Below, one piece after another: positions 8,899-18,148 of a DNA stretch of 60,645 nucleotides. Position 1 is the first letter of the stretch, and every line of letters starts with the position of its first letter. The notes under the pieces were generated by a model. It saw only the letters and a program-made list of their open reading frames with translations. It had not been told where the DNA came from and made no database searches. The position numbers and the translations under genes were made by a program. The stretch lies in the NCBI GenBank assembly GCA_041487795.1, contig JBGPNZ010000001.1, forward strand, positions 1 through 60,645, written 5' to 3'. The stretch comes from Nitrospiraceae bacterium. Its GTDB lineage: Bacteria > Nitrospirota > Nitrospiria > Nitrospirales > Nitrospiraceae.

Positions 8899-9642
8899 AT
8901 GGCGCCCTTCGTCTCTTGCATCATGAGCACGGGACTTCGGAGGAAGTTCCTGCCCCACGCCATCCGTTTTTGGAGCCACCAGACGCACCAGGATCGGGAA
9001 CTCATCATCCTGGACGACGACCCTGAGAGTTCCGAGGACTTGATCCCCAAGGACGAAAGGATCCGCTACGTCCGCGTCCCCTACATGACGCCGCTTGCAG
9101 CGAAGATGAACAAGGGGATCTCGATGGCCCGCGGGCCCTACATCCAGAAGATGGACGACGACGATTATTACCCTCCGAAGTTCCTGGGGATGATGGTCGA
9201 AACGATCCTGCCCTCTGGAGAGCCTTTTCTTTCGGCCGCAGGCTGCTCTCTTTGTCTCATCGCCTACACAGGCAAGCTCAAATTCACGGGCTATGAGTTC
9301 TTCCTGGGAGCCACCCTTTTCTTTCCGAAGTCGATCTGGGAGAAGATTCCCTTCAACGAGACGGTCATTCCCGAGTGTGATTACCGCTTCATGTGGGATC
9401 AGACCTTGGTAGGCGTGAAGCGGATCTCGGTCGTCTCCGATCCCGAGTTCTTCATGTTCACGCGGCATGGAGAACGCCATACCTGGGTGGAAGACCACAA
9501 TGTCAGTGTCGAGCAGTTCTTTTCGTACAGGAATGACCATACGAGAAGCCTCGAGCAGTACCTCGCGTCCGATCAGGAGAGTCTGAAGTTCTACCAGAAC
9601 CTGATCAAAGAGAAATCCAAGAAACAGGAGACCAAAGCATGA
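8899..9642 (+). CDS. family 2 glycosyltransferase (GT-A)
   Basis: N-terminal SCIMSTGLRRKFLPHAIRFWSHQTHQDRELIILDDD and MDDDDYYP (DxD). RBS GGAGG. Confidence 0.75.
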   Translation: MAPFVSCIMSTGLRRKFLPHAIRFWSHQTHQDRELIILDDDPESSEDLIPKDERIRYVRVPYMTPLAAKMNKGISMARGPYIQKMDDDDYYPPKFLGMMVETILPSGEPFLSAAGCSLCLIAYTGKLKFTGYEFFLGATLFFPKSIWEKIPFNETVIPECDYRFMWDQTLVGVKRISVVSDPEFFMFTRHGERHTWVEDHNVSVEQFFSYRNDHTRSLEQYLASDQESLKFYQNLIKEKSKKQETKA

Positions 9643-11054
9643 ACATCTCAAGCGTGAGACTCGGGCATGCGAACAACTCGAGCTCGACCCATTCGATCCT
9701 CCTCAACTCGCCGTCCAGATCCAAGAGCGGCATCGTTGAGAACTTCCAGTACGGATGGGAATGGTTCCATCTCAAGCACAAGGACGACAAGGCGATGTAC
9801 CTCTCGGCCCTGGTCTTCGTCTCTCTCCAGGGGGACATGTCCGCGGAGCACGCGGCGGTCATCGCCCATTCCCTGACGGGAATGAACCCGATCGACAGCC
9901 GCGAGAAGGACAAGTACTGGTCGGTCTATGTGGATCACCAGAGCGTGAATGCCTTCCCCCTCGGGTTCGGAACGGAACACTACGATGCGACCTTCATGAA
10001 GGAGTTCGTGGAGTACATCCGAGACACGCCTGAGATCTCGATCCGCGGCGGCAACGACAACGTGGAGGATCGTGATGAATCCGAGAGGAAGACCGCCACG
10101 GGCGAGGAGAGCATCCTGAACTCCCTCCCCAGGGACTGTGGGAAGGTCAAACTCTTCTCCAAGAAGGACAAGGACTGGTGGATCCTCTACAACAAGGAGA
10201 CGGGCGCCAAGCTCCGTGTTTCCTTCGGGAAGGAGCCCAAACCCTACACCAGTTCGTCGCAGCCCGAGCTCGTGGACATCAAGATCACGGACTACTGCCC
10301 CTACGGCTGCAAGTTCTGCTACCAGGACTCCACGAAGGGAGGGAAGCACGCGCCGCTGGGGATCCTCCAGCAGCTCGCCTACAACTGCCGGGAGGCCAAG
10401 GTCTTCGAAGTCGCGCTCGGCGGCGGTGAGACGACCCAGCACCCCCAGTTCACGGAAGTGCTCAAGGCCTTCGGGTGGAACGGAGTCACTCCCAACTTCA
10501 CGACCTTCAACATGAGCTGGGTGACCGATAAGGACAAGGTCGAAGCAGTGGAGAAGTTCTGCCGCAGCTTCGCGGTCTCCGACCCCTATTCGATCAAGCA
10601 GATCGCCCGGTGGAACGACGATCACCCTTACGGTTACGTCGATAAGACGGGGATCAAGGCCACGCTCCAGCTCCCGCTGGGATGCTACGAGGAGAAGGTC
10701 ACCAGAAAGGCTCTCGATGGCGCTTCGGCCCTGAACGTTCCTGTCACTCTCCTGGGATTCAAAGACCACGGGAGAGGCAAGGAGGTCGTTCCTGTCGATG
10801 CGTCCTGGATCATCGACTACCTCGTGAAGTCGGATTCGTTCCATGCCTTCGGCGCCGACTCGGTCTTCGTCGAGCAGTTCAGAGGCCAGCTCAAGTCCGC
10901 CGGGATCTCCGAGAAGCTCATGGTGAACAAGGAAGGCGCCTACTCCTGCTACATCGACGCGGTGAGCATGCAGGGCGCCGCATCCTCCTACACCAAGGAG
11001 CTTCATCCGTTCGATCCGAATAAGCCCTTTGAGAGGTTCCCGTACGCCGCATAG
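9639..11054 (+). CDS. radical SAM enzyme with ~200-aa N-terminal extension
   Basis: CPYGCKFC (CxxxCxxC) followed by ALGGGETT (SAM-binding GGE motif). The ATG overlaps the previous stop (ATGA). Confidence 0.85.
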   Translation: MNISSVRLGHANNSSSTHSILLNSPSRSKSGIVENFQYGWEWFHLKHKDDKAMYLSALVFVSLQGDMSAEHAAVIAHSLTGMNPIDSREKDKYWSVYVDHQSVNAFPLGFGTEHYDATFMKEFVEYIRDTPEISIRGGNDNVEDRDESERKTATGEESILNSLPRDCGKVKLFSKKDKDWWILYNKETGAKLRVSFGKEPKPYTSSSQPELVDIKITDYCPYGCKFCYQDSTKGGKHAPLGILQQLAYNCREAKVFEVALGGGETTQHPQFTEVLKAFGWNGVTPNFTTFNMSWVTDKDKVEAVEKFCRSFAVSDPYSIKQIARWNDDHPYGYVDKTGIKATLQLPLGCYEEKVTRKALDGASALNVPVTLLGFKDHGRGKEVVPVDASWIIDYLVKSDSFHAFGADSVFVEQFRGQLKSAGISEKLMVNKEGAYSCYIDAVSMQGAASSYTKELHPFDPNKPFERFPYAA

Positions 11055-11197
11055 ATAGCACGGCACCGCGAATGTCATCCGGGGTTCAAGACACGAACGT
11101 CGTCCAGGCTTCCGGTGCCGTGCTTTAACCGATCGTAGGCGGTTCGATCTACGACGCCCACTCCAAGCGTTGTTGGAGTCTGTCCGGAGGTTCGTTT

Positions 11198-11341
11198 ATG
11201 TTGCAGCGTCCAATGGCAAGGTCGATGAAGCGTAAACAGTTTACTTGTCACGGATGCAGGCGACGGTTGCAGAAGAAGAACATCCACCATCACAGAGACG
11301 ATCAACCGTACTGCTGGAATTGTTGGCGATCAATGTACTAG
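11198..11341 (+). CDS. small zinc-ribbon protein (47 aa)
   Basis: Not in the ORF track (<60 aa). GGAGGTTCgttt-ATG RBS of the type used by many genes here. CHGC...CWNC pairs. Confidence 0.4.
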   Translation: MLQRPMARSMKRKQFTCHGCRRRLQKKNIHHHRDDQPYCWNCWRSMY

Positions 11342-11448
11342 ATCTTTGGAGGAAAAAATGAAAAGCGGATCCAGGCATATCCGAGATCCCGACCCGTCGT
11401 CGGGAGCACCCATGTGAAGTATCTTTGACCTTACTTTACGGAGGTTCC

Positions 11449-11721
11449 ATGGAAGCCTTGCTTCCGGCCAAAACGGCCGAAGAGAAGGTGGAACGGGGAG
11501 TCATGAAGATCCTGTCGACGAGCGGCGACGACAAGATCTCATGGGATCCCCGCTACAAGGAAGAAGTGGAGTTTGCACGCAAGCAGTTCGATGAGCTTCT
11601 GGCCAAGGGCTATCTCGCCTTCTCGATCGACAAGAAGGACAAGACGAAAGGCCAGAAGATCACGGAGTTCACGCCGCTGGCGGGGGAGATCATCATGACG
11701 CCGCCGATGCGAGGAGGGTAG
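11449..11721 (+). CDS. small protein ending in ...PPMRGG-stop (candidate second ubiquitin-like protein)
   Basis: 90 aa from ATG 11449 (RBS GGAGGTTCC). The alternating strand/helix pattern (VMKILS, KISW, helix EEVEFARKQFDELLAKGY, LAFSI, KITEF, EIIMTPPMRGG) fits a beta-grasp order. The terminal di-Gly sits exactly at the stop, and TAG abuts the next ATG. Confidence 0.4.
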   Translation: MEALLPAKTAEEKVERGVMKILSTSGDDKISWDPRYKEEVEFARKQFDELLAKGYLAFSIDKKDKTKGQKITEFTPLAGEIIMTPPMRGG

Positions 11722-12327
11722 ATGACAAGCTACGACTGCACCTACGCCACCTACAACCAGACCAACGCCTACATCTATCAGACGTCGGGCTATGTGTCTG
11801 GGACGGCGTGCAACGCGATGAATACCTACGTGACGTATACCGTCGAAAGCACAGCGGCGACGACGGCCACGACCGACTTCTACGGCTACGTCGATACCTA
11901 CGGCTACGTTGGAGGGCGTATCTCCAACTACGGCATCGGCTCCACCGGCGTCTATCAAGTCTCGTCGTACAAAGAGACGGAAGAGGAGCGCGCCAAGCGC
12001 CTGGAAACGGAGAAGAAGCGCCAGGCGGCCGAGAAGAAGGCGAGGAAGCTGCTCGCCGAGATGATCGGGCGCGTCGCCTTCAAGATCTACCGCAAGAGAG
12101 GTTACCACGAGTTCGTGAGCGAGTTCGGACGCAGGTACCGCCTGCGGCCTGGAACCATGATCGACGCGATGGAAGGGAACTTCGGCGACAAGGTCGACCA
12201 TCGCCTCTGCATCCACTCCGACTACTCGTACGGGTTGCCGCCGACGGATCAGCTGGTTCAGCAGCTTCTCCTCCTCAGTTCGGACGAGAAGTATGTCCTG
12301 AAAACGGCCAACAAGCACGCGGCGTAG
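11722..12327 (+). CDS. hypothetical protein (Tyr/Thr-rich N-terminus, basic coiled-coil middle)
   Basis: 201-aa ORF whose start abuts the stop of the previous gene. No recognisable motif. Confidence 0.55.
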   Translation: MTSYDCTYATYNQTNAYIYQTSGYVSGTACNAMNTYVTYTVESTAATTATTDFYGYVDTYGYVGGRISNYGIGSTGVYQVSSYKETEEERAKRLETEKKRQAAEKKARKLLAEMIGRVAFKIYRKRGYHEFVSEFGRRYRLRPGTMIDAMEGNFGDKVDHRLCIHSDYSYGLPPTDQLVQQLLLLSSDEKYVLKTANKHAA

Positions 12328-12414
12328 TCCATCCACATCGCGAAGTAAAGCAGGGGACGGGTCTGTTATCCGTCCCCTGCTTGTTTTTTAGGTTAGAATT
12401 CATAAGGAGGTTCT

Positions 12415-13071
12415 ATGACCGATCTCAAGAATGGCGATCGGGTCATGTTCGCCCAGGAAGCGGATACGGACACGATCGTGCACACCTACCCCGGCGGGGT
12501 GAAGATCCCCGTCCCCCTGAGAAAGGGAGACCAGGCGACCGTGGTCAGCGCCGAGCTCCCCGGCTGGGCCAAGGGCTACGTCGCGGTTCGGTTCGACGGC
12601 CACACGAAGGACGTGGCCATCAACGTGTCGTACCTCAAGAAGCTGGAGGACAAGGTCGTGAAGAAGGAAGTCGCTCCCGTCACCCCCATGGCCAAGGCGA
12701 CGCCCGCGTTCAACGGGCAGGCCTTCGGCGAGTCGCTCAAGAAGATGGCGGCCGGCGCCATGAGCGACGTCCAGGAGATGAATGCCGTGCAGGCGGGCGA
12801 GGAGAAGGATCGTCCCAGGAAACGGGCGGACTTCGCGAAGCTGGCAGAGGCCCGGCGGGTCGCCTGCGCCCAGTGGGCGCGCGGCCACGTCCGTAGCCTG
12901 GACAAGCTCTGCGCGCAGGATCGCACGTCCATGGGCCTCAACGCGCGGTACCACGACAACGACATCCGCAAGGCGCTCATGATCATCTCGATGTGCGCCC
13001 AGGGCCACGAGGGCGAGGTGCTCGTGACCAACATCGACCCCCGGCAGTTCGAAGTGGCGGTCGAGGTCTAA
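12415..13071 (+). CDS. hypothetical protein
   Basis: 218 aa, RBS AAGGAGGTTCT. The N-terminus (GDRVMF...GDQATVV) looks SH3/Tudor-like. Confidence 0.6.
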   Translation: MTDLKNGDRVMFAQEADTDTIVHTYPGGVKIPVPLRKGDQATVVSAELPGWAKGYVAVRFDGHTKDVAINVSYLKKLEDKVVKKEVAPVTPMAKATPAFNGQAFGESLKKMAAGAMSDVQEMNAVQAGEEKDRPRKRADFAKLAEARRVACAQWARGHVRSLDKLCAQDRTSMGLNARYHDNDIRKALMIISMCAQGHEGEVLVTNIDPRQFEVAVEV

Positions 13072-13177
13072 GGCTTATTAGGAGCAGGCGCCGAAAGGCG
13101 TGTGTTCCCTCTCTCACTCGGGGGAGGAGTCCACTCGTTGGGCTCCTCCCCCGCTGTTAATCTTAAGGAATGATACC

Positions 13178-13405
13178 ATGCCCAAGTTCACCGTATGTGT
13201 GAGAGAAGTCTGGATCCAGATGGTGGCAGTCGAGGCACCCGATGAGGCGAACGCCAAGGAGCGGGTTGCCGACGGCCAGGGCACGTATCTCGGTGCGCCG
13301 GGCGGCCTAGAGTACTCCCACACGCTCGATCGCGAGACCTGGACTGTGGACGCAGAGGCGGATCCCAAGGAGACGACCCGGCGGATCCAGCCACCGAATC
13401 CTTAA
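13178..13405 (+). CDS. hypothetical protein (75 aa)
   Basis: ATG 13178 with AAGGAA upstream, in frame with track ORF 13100-13405. Confidence 0.5.
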   Translation: MPKFTVCVREVWIQMVAVEAPDEANAKERVADGQGTYLGAPGGLEYSHTLDRETWTVDAEADPKETTRRIQPPNP

Positions 13406-13493
13406 ACCTTCTTTAAGATCCTTTACGCGATTTTCCTTGCTTTCAGACCCCAAGGGCATGCTATAATCTCCCCCGCGTAGAGGGAGACTAAAC

Positions 13494-13877
13494 ATGTCAG
13501 CACTACCCGCAGGTATCCCTTACGGCTTCGACTTCGACGACGAACGTCAGGAAGCCGCTCTCGGAAAGCACCAGGCCGAGCTCCGGAAGCCTGGAGACAG
13601 CTGGGCCGCCCACAGCCGCGCCAAGGTGCGTGTCGGCCGCCATCGCAAGCGGGAGCGTCAGTGGAACACCATTCGAATCCCCCTCTACGATCACGACCGC
13701 GGAGTGATGGGCCTCCAGTACGAGCAGGCGCTCATCCACGAGATCCTGGATCTTCTCCCCTACTCCAATCGGGAGGAAGTCCTGAAGAGCCTGCTTTCGG
13801 GAGAAGGGAAGGTCATCAAGGAAGTTAAGAGCATCCTCGAGAAGAAGTATCCCGGCATCACCGAGGAAGAGCTCTAA
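13494..13877 (+). CDS. hypothetical protein
   Basis: 127-aa ORF. Converges on the minus-strand recombination block with a 4-nt overlap. Confidence 0.55.
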   Translation: MSALPAGIPYGFDFDDERQEAALGKHQAELRKPGDSWAAHSRAKVRVGRHRKRERQWNTIRIPLYDHDRGVMGLQYEQALIHEILDLLPYSNREEVLKSLLSGEGKVIKEVKSILEKKYPGITEEEL

Positions 13878-14368
13878 ACCTTCCTCGACCGCCGGCCCCA
13901 CTCCCCGATCAAGGCGGCATCAACCAGCCCTTCATCCGCCTTCTTGGCCCGTTCGCTTTTCCGCCAGTCTTCCTTGGGCCAAAGCCGCTTAACCGCGATC
14001 AGGGCGGCCTGCTTGGTGTCTGCCGCGTTGATCCCTGCCAGCATGACCTTCTGCCATCTCTGAGGCGCTACGGCCTCGTAGGAGGCGCCCAGGGCCGCCA
14101 GAATGCCCTGCCAGAGGCCGAAGGACAGCCCGCGCTGGAAATTGGCCTGGGTTCCGCCCATCTTCATCGGCATCGGCTGAGCCTTCTCCACGATGAACAC
14201 CGCGGGAGACAGGCTCTTGACCAGCTCGCAGAGCCCGGGAATGTCGTACTCGCTCTTGGCCTTGGTTGACGTGATGAGCGGGATCTTGGCCTTATCGAGA
14301 ATCCTGCCATCAGGATCAAGCGACACGACGCCGCCGTCCTTGCCCAGATCGACGCCGACGAAGATCAT
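13874..14368 (-). CDS. RuvC-like Holliday junction resolvase (RNase H fold)
   Basis: MIFVGVDLGKDGG (N-terminal Asp), FIVEKAQPMP (Glu), C-terminal VDAALIGEW (Asp). 164 aa. Confidence 0.6.
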   Translation of the reverse strand: MIFVGVDLGKDGGVVSLDPDGRILDKAKIPLITSTKAKSEYDIPGLCELVKSLSPAVFIVEKAQPMPMKMGGTQANFQRGLSFGLWQGILAALGASYEAVAPQRWQKVMLAGINAADTKQAALIAVKRLWPKEDWRKSERAKKADEGLVDAALIGEWGRRSRKV

Positions 14369-15067
14369 TTATCCCCTCACCGCGATCTGGTCTTCCTGCT
14401 TGAGGCGAATGCCGGGGATCTTCAGCGTCTCGCCCAGCGCCCCGACCAGCTTGTTGATCTCGGGCATGTTGGCCATGATCAGCCGTTCAGGAGCTTCTTG
14501 TTCAAGCACGGCCTTGAGAAGCGCCTTGAAATCGTAGACCTCGGCCTTCCAGACCTTCTTCTGGATGATCCCAGGAAGGGCAACCCGTTCGACGTGATGA
14601 ACCATCGGGCCATCTTCAACAGTGTCCCCTTCGAGCAAGACGAGCGCCTCTTCGGCCTTGCCTTCGGCGAGCAGATCTTCCGCACGCTTGAGCCGCTCCA
14701 CTTCTTCCGCCTCCTGGGCGGCCTTGCGGAGCCTGGCCTCTTCCTCCTTGGCCCGCTTCTCCTCTTCGCCTTGGTACACGAGCATCTTCGCCTTCACGAT
14801 GTGTTCGGCGGCGACGATGGGTTCGGCATGCTTGGCCTTGGCCCCAAGGGCCGCCTTATGAGCATCGTGGGCGGCCTTGATCACGGGATCGAAAGTCTCG
14901 TTGATCGCCTTCTCGATGGCCTTCAGATCCCTGAGAAAGTTGGCCGCCACGGCGTAGGTCTCGCGGCTCACGATCAGGACGGCTCTCGACGCTTCGAGGG
15001 CCTGGTTGGCCTTCGTGTCGATCTCTTTCGTGTTGGGAATGGCGAGTTCAGTCTTCGCCGGGATCAT
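14369..15067 (-). CDS. hypothetical coiled-coil protein of the recombination module
   Basis: Start set at ATG 15067, which has AAGGAGG upstream and forms an ATGA overlap with the upstream gene stop. Charged coiled-coil centre. Confidence 0.55.
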   Translation of the reverse strand: MIPAKTELAIPNTKEIDTKANQALEASRAVLIVSRETYAVAANFLRDLKAIEKAINETFDPVIKAAHDAHKAALGAKAKHAEPIVAAEHIVKAKMLVYQGEEEKRAKEEEARLRKAAQEAEEVERLKRAEDLLAEGKAEEALVLLEGDTVEDGPMVHHVERVALPGIIQKKVWKAEVYDFKALLKAVLEQEAPERLIMANMPEINKLVGALGETLKIPGIRLKQEDQIAVRG

Positions 15068-15579
15068 CAGACCTCCTTCACCACCGAGCCCATGAGCTCG
15101 GCATAGTTGAACTTGTTCCCGAACTCCAGGCACTGGCGGACATCGACCTCCGCGCCGGCGAAGCCCAGGAGTTCGCTTCCCCACTTCAGGATGACGTACT
15201 GGGGAACCTTCATCTCCATGCAGACGAACTTGGTTCCTTCCTCGGTGATCCGCCAGAGGCCGCTCGACTTCTTAGTTTCATCCTCGTTCGGCGCCTCTTC
15301 GATCATCCCCCAGAACTTGAGCTTGGCGAAGTCTCCGCGCTCGCGGTAGAACTCCCTCACGTGGAAGTAGGAACGGTTGGGGACATCGATCGCCATCCCG
15401 AAGAGGCGGACAAGGGCCAAGGCCATCGCGGTCGACAGCTTCCGGTAGTAGACCTTGAGAAGCCTGCCGCAGGCCTCGCAGGTCCCACCCTCCCTGCGAC
15501 TGGGTTCAGGATGCCATGGGAGATGGTTGTAGTATCGGCTGGCCAGGTTCATTTGACCATTCCGAGTTTTCTTTTCCAC
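15067..15579 (-). CDS. hypothetical protein (CxxC plus winged-helix-like region)
   Basis: 170-aa ORF in the operon with neighbouring minus-strand genes. No confident motif. Confidence 0.55.
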   Translation of the reverse strand: MEKKTRNGQMNLASRYYNHLPWHPEPSRREGGTCEACGRLLKVYYRKLSTAMALALVRLFGMAIDVPNRSYFHVREFYRERGDFAKLKFWGMIEEAPNEDETKKSSGLWRITEEGTKFVCMEMKVPQYVILKWGSELLGFAGAEVDVRQCLEFGNKFNYAELMGSVVKEV

Positions 15580-16142
15580 GAGGCGAGGCAGACGGCTGCC
15601 CTGAAAACATCCCAGTCCGAAGGATCCTTGTGCTCTTCGAGAGCATACTGGCCATCAGGCGAGAGGTAGAGACAGAACCTCTGCATCGGGCGGTCGAAGG
15701 TCTTGGCATATCCCATCGTCTGGACGGGATGCCACGGCGCCTTGGCTCCGCTCTTGATGTCAATGATCCCTTCCTTGCCTCTCCACCTCACCCGCCGGTC
15801 GAGCTTGCCCGCGTATCGATAGATCGGATGGTAGACCGCCTCTTCGACCGCGAGCACCTCGATGTTGGTATCGCTCTTGAACTTCCTCCAACCCTCGAGA
15901 GGGCCGAGCAGCGGGTTCTCGATCTTCGACGTGTCGAGAGCTCCCGCATCGTCCAGTTCGGTGACCGTATGGATGGCAGTTCCACGCTCGGCCCACATCA
16001 TGTTGAGCGACGTGTAGTCGAAGACCTTGGCATCGCGAAGGATGCCCGTCACCGACGGGACGGGCACCCCATCGTAGTAGTACTTATGGGCCTTCTCATC
16101 GAAGAAGAGTCCCTTGGTGTTACTCAGTTCCTGCGACTTCAC
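15549..16142 (-). CDS. PD-(D/E)XK (RecB/Cas4-like) nuclease
   Basis: KYYYDGVPVPSVTGIL, GTAIHTVTE, YAGKLDRRV...IIDIKSG (D...D/ExK core). The GTG at 16142 is preceded by GAAGGAGA. The longest ORF reaches ATG 16196, inside the RecA-like gene. Confidence 0.6.
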   Translation of the reverse strand: MKSQELSNTKGLFFDEKAHKYYYDGVPVPSVTGILRDAKVFDYTSLNMMWAERGTAIHTVTELDDAGALDTSKIENPLLGPLEGWRKFKSDTNIEVLAVEEAVYHPIYRYAGKLDRRVRWRGKEGIIDIKSGAKAPWHPVQTMGYAKTFDRPMQRFCLYLSPDGQYALEEHKDPSDWDVFRAAVCLASWKRKLGMVK

Positions 16143-17298
16143 TCTCGGTCTCCTTCGGGGCTTCTTCGGGGTTGTCCCCTTCCGACGACAGATCAAGGCC
16201 TGCGGATACGGAATCGAGCGTTCCCGTCAGCGGATCGATCAGTCCCGGCATCTCGCCGATCAGGCGCTCGATCTCGCCGCCGCGGAACGTCTTGTCTCCG
16301 AACTGGAGCCAGCCCGCCTTCTGGTGGATGCGCCCATGCCGAAGCAGGAGTTCATCCAGTCCCGAGTAGGCGGCGAAGCCCGTCTCGAAATAGAACTTCA
16401 CGTAGCACTTGCGGAAGGGCGGAGCGACCGTGTTCTTGATCGCCTCGATCTCAAGCTGGATGCCCGTCACGACATCGGTCGCCTTGTGCTTGATCTTTCC
16501 CTTCTCGCGCATGCGGATGCGGACGCCCGAGTGGTACTTGGGTGCCTTGCCGCCGGGAGTCTCCATGGACGAGTGGCCCATGAAGTTGAACTTCGTCCGG
16601 AGCTGGTTGATTGCGATGATCGTGACCTGCTTCCGGGCAAGCTCTCCCAGGACGGCACGGAATGCCGCCGAGAGGAACCTAGCGCGCGACGCCTTCTCTC
16701 CCGTGAAGTCCTTCTTCTCGTCCATGTGTTCGCCCATCTCCCACGCGCCAGGAGTGGAAGCGATGGAGTCCCACACGACCAGGACGGGCTTCTTGGGATC
16801 GGCGAGCTTGGCGATCTTACCCAGGATGTGGACGCAGCTCTTGAGCGTCTCTCCCGCGGAGTAGTGCAACTTCGACCAATCGACTCCCAGCCTCTCGATG
16901 AAGCTCTTATCGGCCTTGGCCTCGCTGTCGATCAGCATGCATTCTGCGCCAGCTCTTTGGAAAGCCGCAATCACGCAGTAGCCGAAGGCGCTCTTCGCCG
17001 TCGAGTGCTCGCCCAGCACCTCGATGAATCGGCCCCTGGGGATCCCGGCACCGATGATGAGATCGATGGCGGGAATCCCCACGCGGATCCACTCGATGGG
17101 TTGGTACTGCCGGAAGGAAGAAAGATAGGCCGACAGCCCCTGGCCGGCCTTCTTCTTCTCTTCCTTCAGTTCCTTCTTACTGGGCGCTTCGCTTCTGGAG
17201 GGCGGCTCTTGCACGCTTGATGAGCTCGTCCTGGGACGGCCGGGCGACTTGCGCGGATCCTTCGGCCTTGCCATGGCTCTTCTCCTGCGTCGAGACAA
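16120..17298 (-). CDS. RecA/UvsX-like recombinase
   Basis: IPAIDLIIGAGIPRGRFIEVLGEHSTAKSAF (RecA N-terminal core with variant P-loop GxxxxAKS), MLIDSE, VLVVWDS (Walker B-like). The Arg/Ser/Pro-rich first ~40 aa overlap the gp32-like gene, so the true start is probably downstream and is unresolved. Confidence 0.75.
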   Translation of the reverse strand: MSRRRRRAMARPKDPRKSPGRPRTSSSSVQEPPSRSEAPSKKELKEEKKKAGQGLSAYLSSFRQYQPIEWIRVGIPAIDLIIGAGIPRGRFIEVLGEHSTAKSAFGYCVIAAFQRAGAECMLIDSEAKADKSFIERLGVDWSKLHYSAGETLKSCVHILGKIAKLADPKKPVLVVWDSIASTPGAWEMGEHMDEKKDFTGEKASRARFLSAAFRAVLGELARKQVTIIAINQLRTKFNFMGHSSMETPGGKAPKYHSGVRIRMREKGKIKHKATDVVTGIQLEIEAIKNTVAPPFRKCYVKFYFETGFAAYSGLDELLLRHGRIHQKAGWLQFGDKTFRGGEIERLIGEMPGLIDPLTGTLDSVSAGLDLSSEGDNPEEAPKETESEVAGTE

Positions 17299-18118
17299 TG
17301 ACTTCCTCTTCGTTCTCCTCGATCACCGTCGTGGTGGCGTCGGGGACGGGGGCGTCCGCGATCACGTCTTCCTGGGACGGCGCGGGAGGGGGCGGCTGCT
17401 CGGAGCTGCCGGCGCCCATCAGGATCGTGCGCAGCTCGTCGAAGCTCTTCACCTTCGAGCGGATGAGCTCGTGCATCGGGTAGAGCTTGTTGAGCACGTT
17501 CTTGTCCGGGATGGCGCAGGGCTTGAGCTCGGGCATCACGGTGTACTCGGGGAAGTTCTCGGTGCCCGAGGACTTGGTCGAGACCACGATCTTGATGTTG
17601 TAGCCGTGATCGGGATCATCGATGGGAACGATCTCGCCCGATTCGCCCACGCAGAGCTCGTTGAGCGGCGTCCAGACCTTGGGGCCGTACGACCAGAGCT
17701 TCGGCTCGTTGCCCTTGAAGAGCTCCTGGCCCTTGCCCAGAACCACGAGGTTCGAGCAGAAGCGGGTCTTGGAGCCGATGTCCCGCGCGAGGTTCTGGTC
17801 GGCTTCCGTGCCGCTCTTCCAGAGACCCTTGGTGAACTCGCAGACGGGGCAACGCTGCTTGAGTGTCTTGAGCGGACAGGTGGCCGAGACGTTGCTTCCG
17901 TCCTCGTTCTTCAGGCGGTAATGGACGCCGTACTCCAGGTACCAGAAGTTGAAGCCGTCGGGCGGCGGCAGGATGCGGATGCGATGGGTGATCGGATTGC
18001 CCGAAGAGCTTTGCGGGGCTTCCGCCTTCCACCACTTGTCGTCATCCATGTCCGCCTTGCGGTTCTTCACCTCGGCGAACCGCGCCTTCATCTTGTTGTA
18101 GTCGCTCTTGCCTGCCAT
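17177..18118 (-). CDS. T4 gp32-like single-stranded DNA-binding protein
   Basis: Collinear with T4 gp32: HRIRILP, H..x..CPLKTLKQRCPVCE (Zn site), SKTRFCSNLVVL, KLWSYGPKVW, DHGYNIKIVV, KSFDEL. Confidence 0.85.
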   Translation of the reverse strand: MAGKSDYNKMKARFAEVKNRKADMDDDKWWKAEAPQSSSGNPITHRIRILPPPDGFNFWYLEYGVHYRLKNEDGSNVSATCPLKTLKQRCPVCEFTKGLWKSGTEADQNLARDIGSKTRFCSNLVVLGKGQELFKGNEPKLWSYGPKVWTPLNELCVGESGEIVPIDDPDHGYNIKIVVSTKSSGTENFPEYTVMPELKPCAIPDKNVLNKLYPMHELIRSKVKSFDELRTILMGAGSSEQPPPPAPSQEDVIADAPVPDATTTVIEENEEEVIVSTQEKSHGKAEGSAQVARPSQDELIKRARAALQKRSAQ

Positions 18119-18148
18119 GGGTCTCGTCTCCTAAAAACCTATCGAACA

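Noticed and set aside
11058-11190. A hairpin-rich stretch after the radical SAM gene containing GGTTCGATC and ...CTCCA, which looked like a tRNA 3' half.
   Set aside because: No complementary 5' acceptor strand, D-arm or anticodon arm could be found. It is better explained as a long stem (AGCACGGCACCG/CGGTGCCGTGCT) plus a small hairpin, possibly a terminator region.
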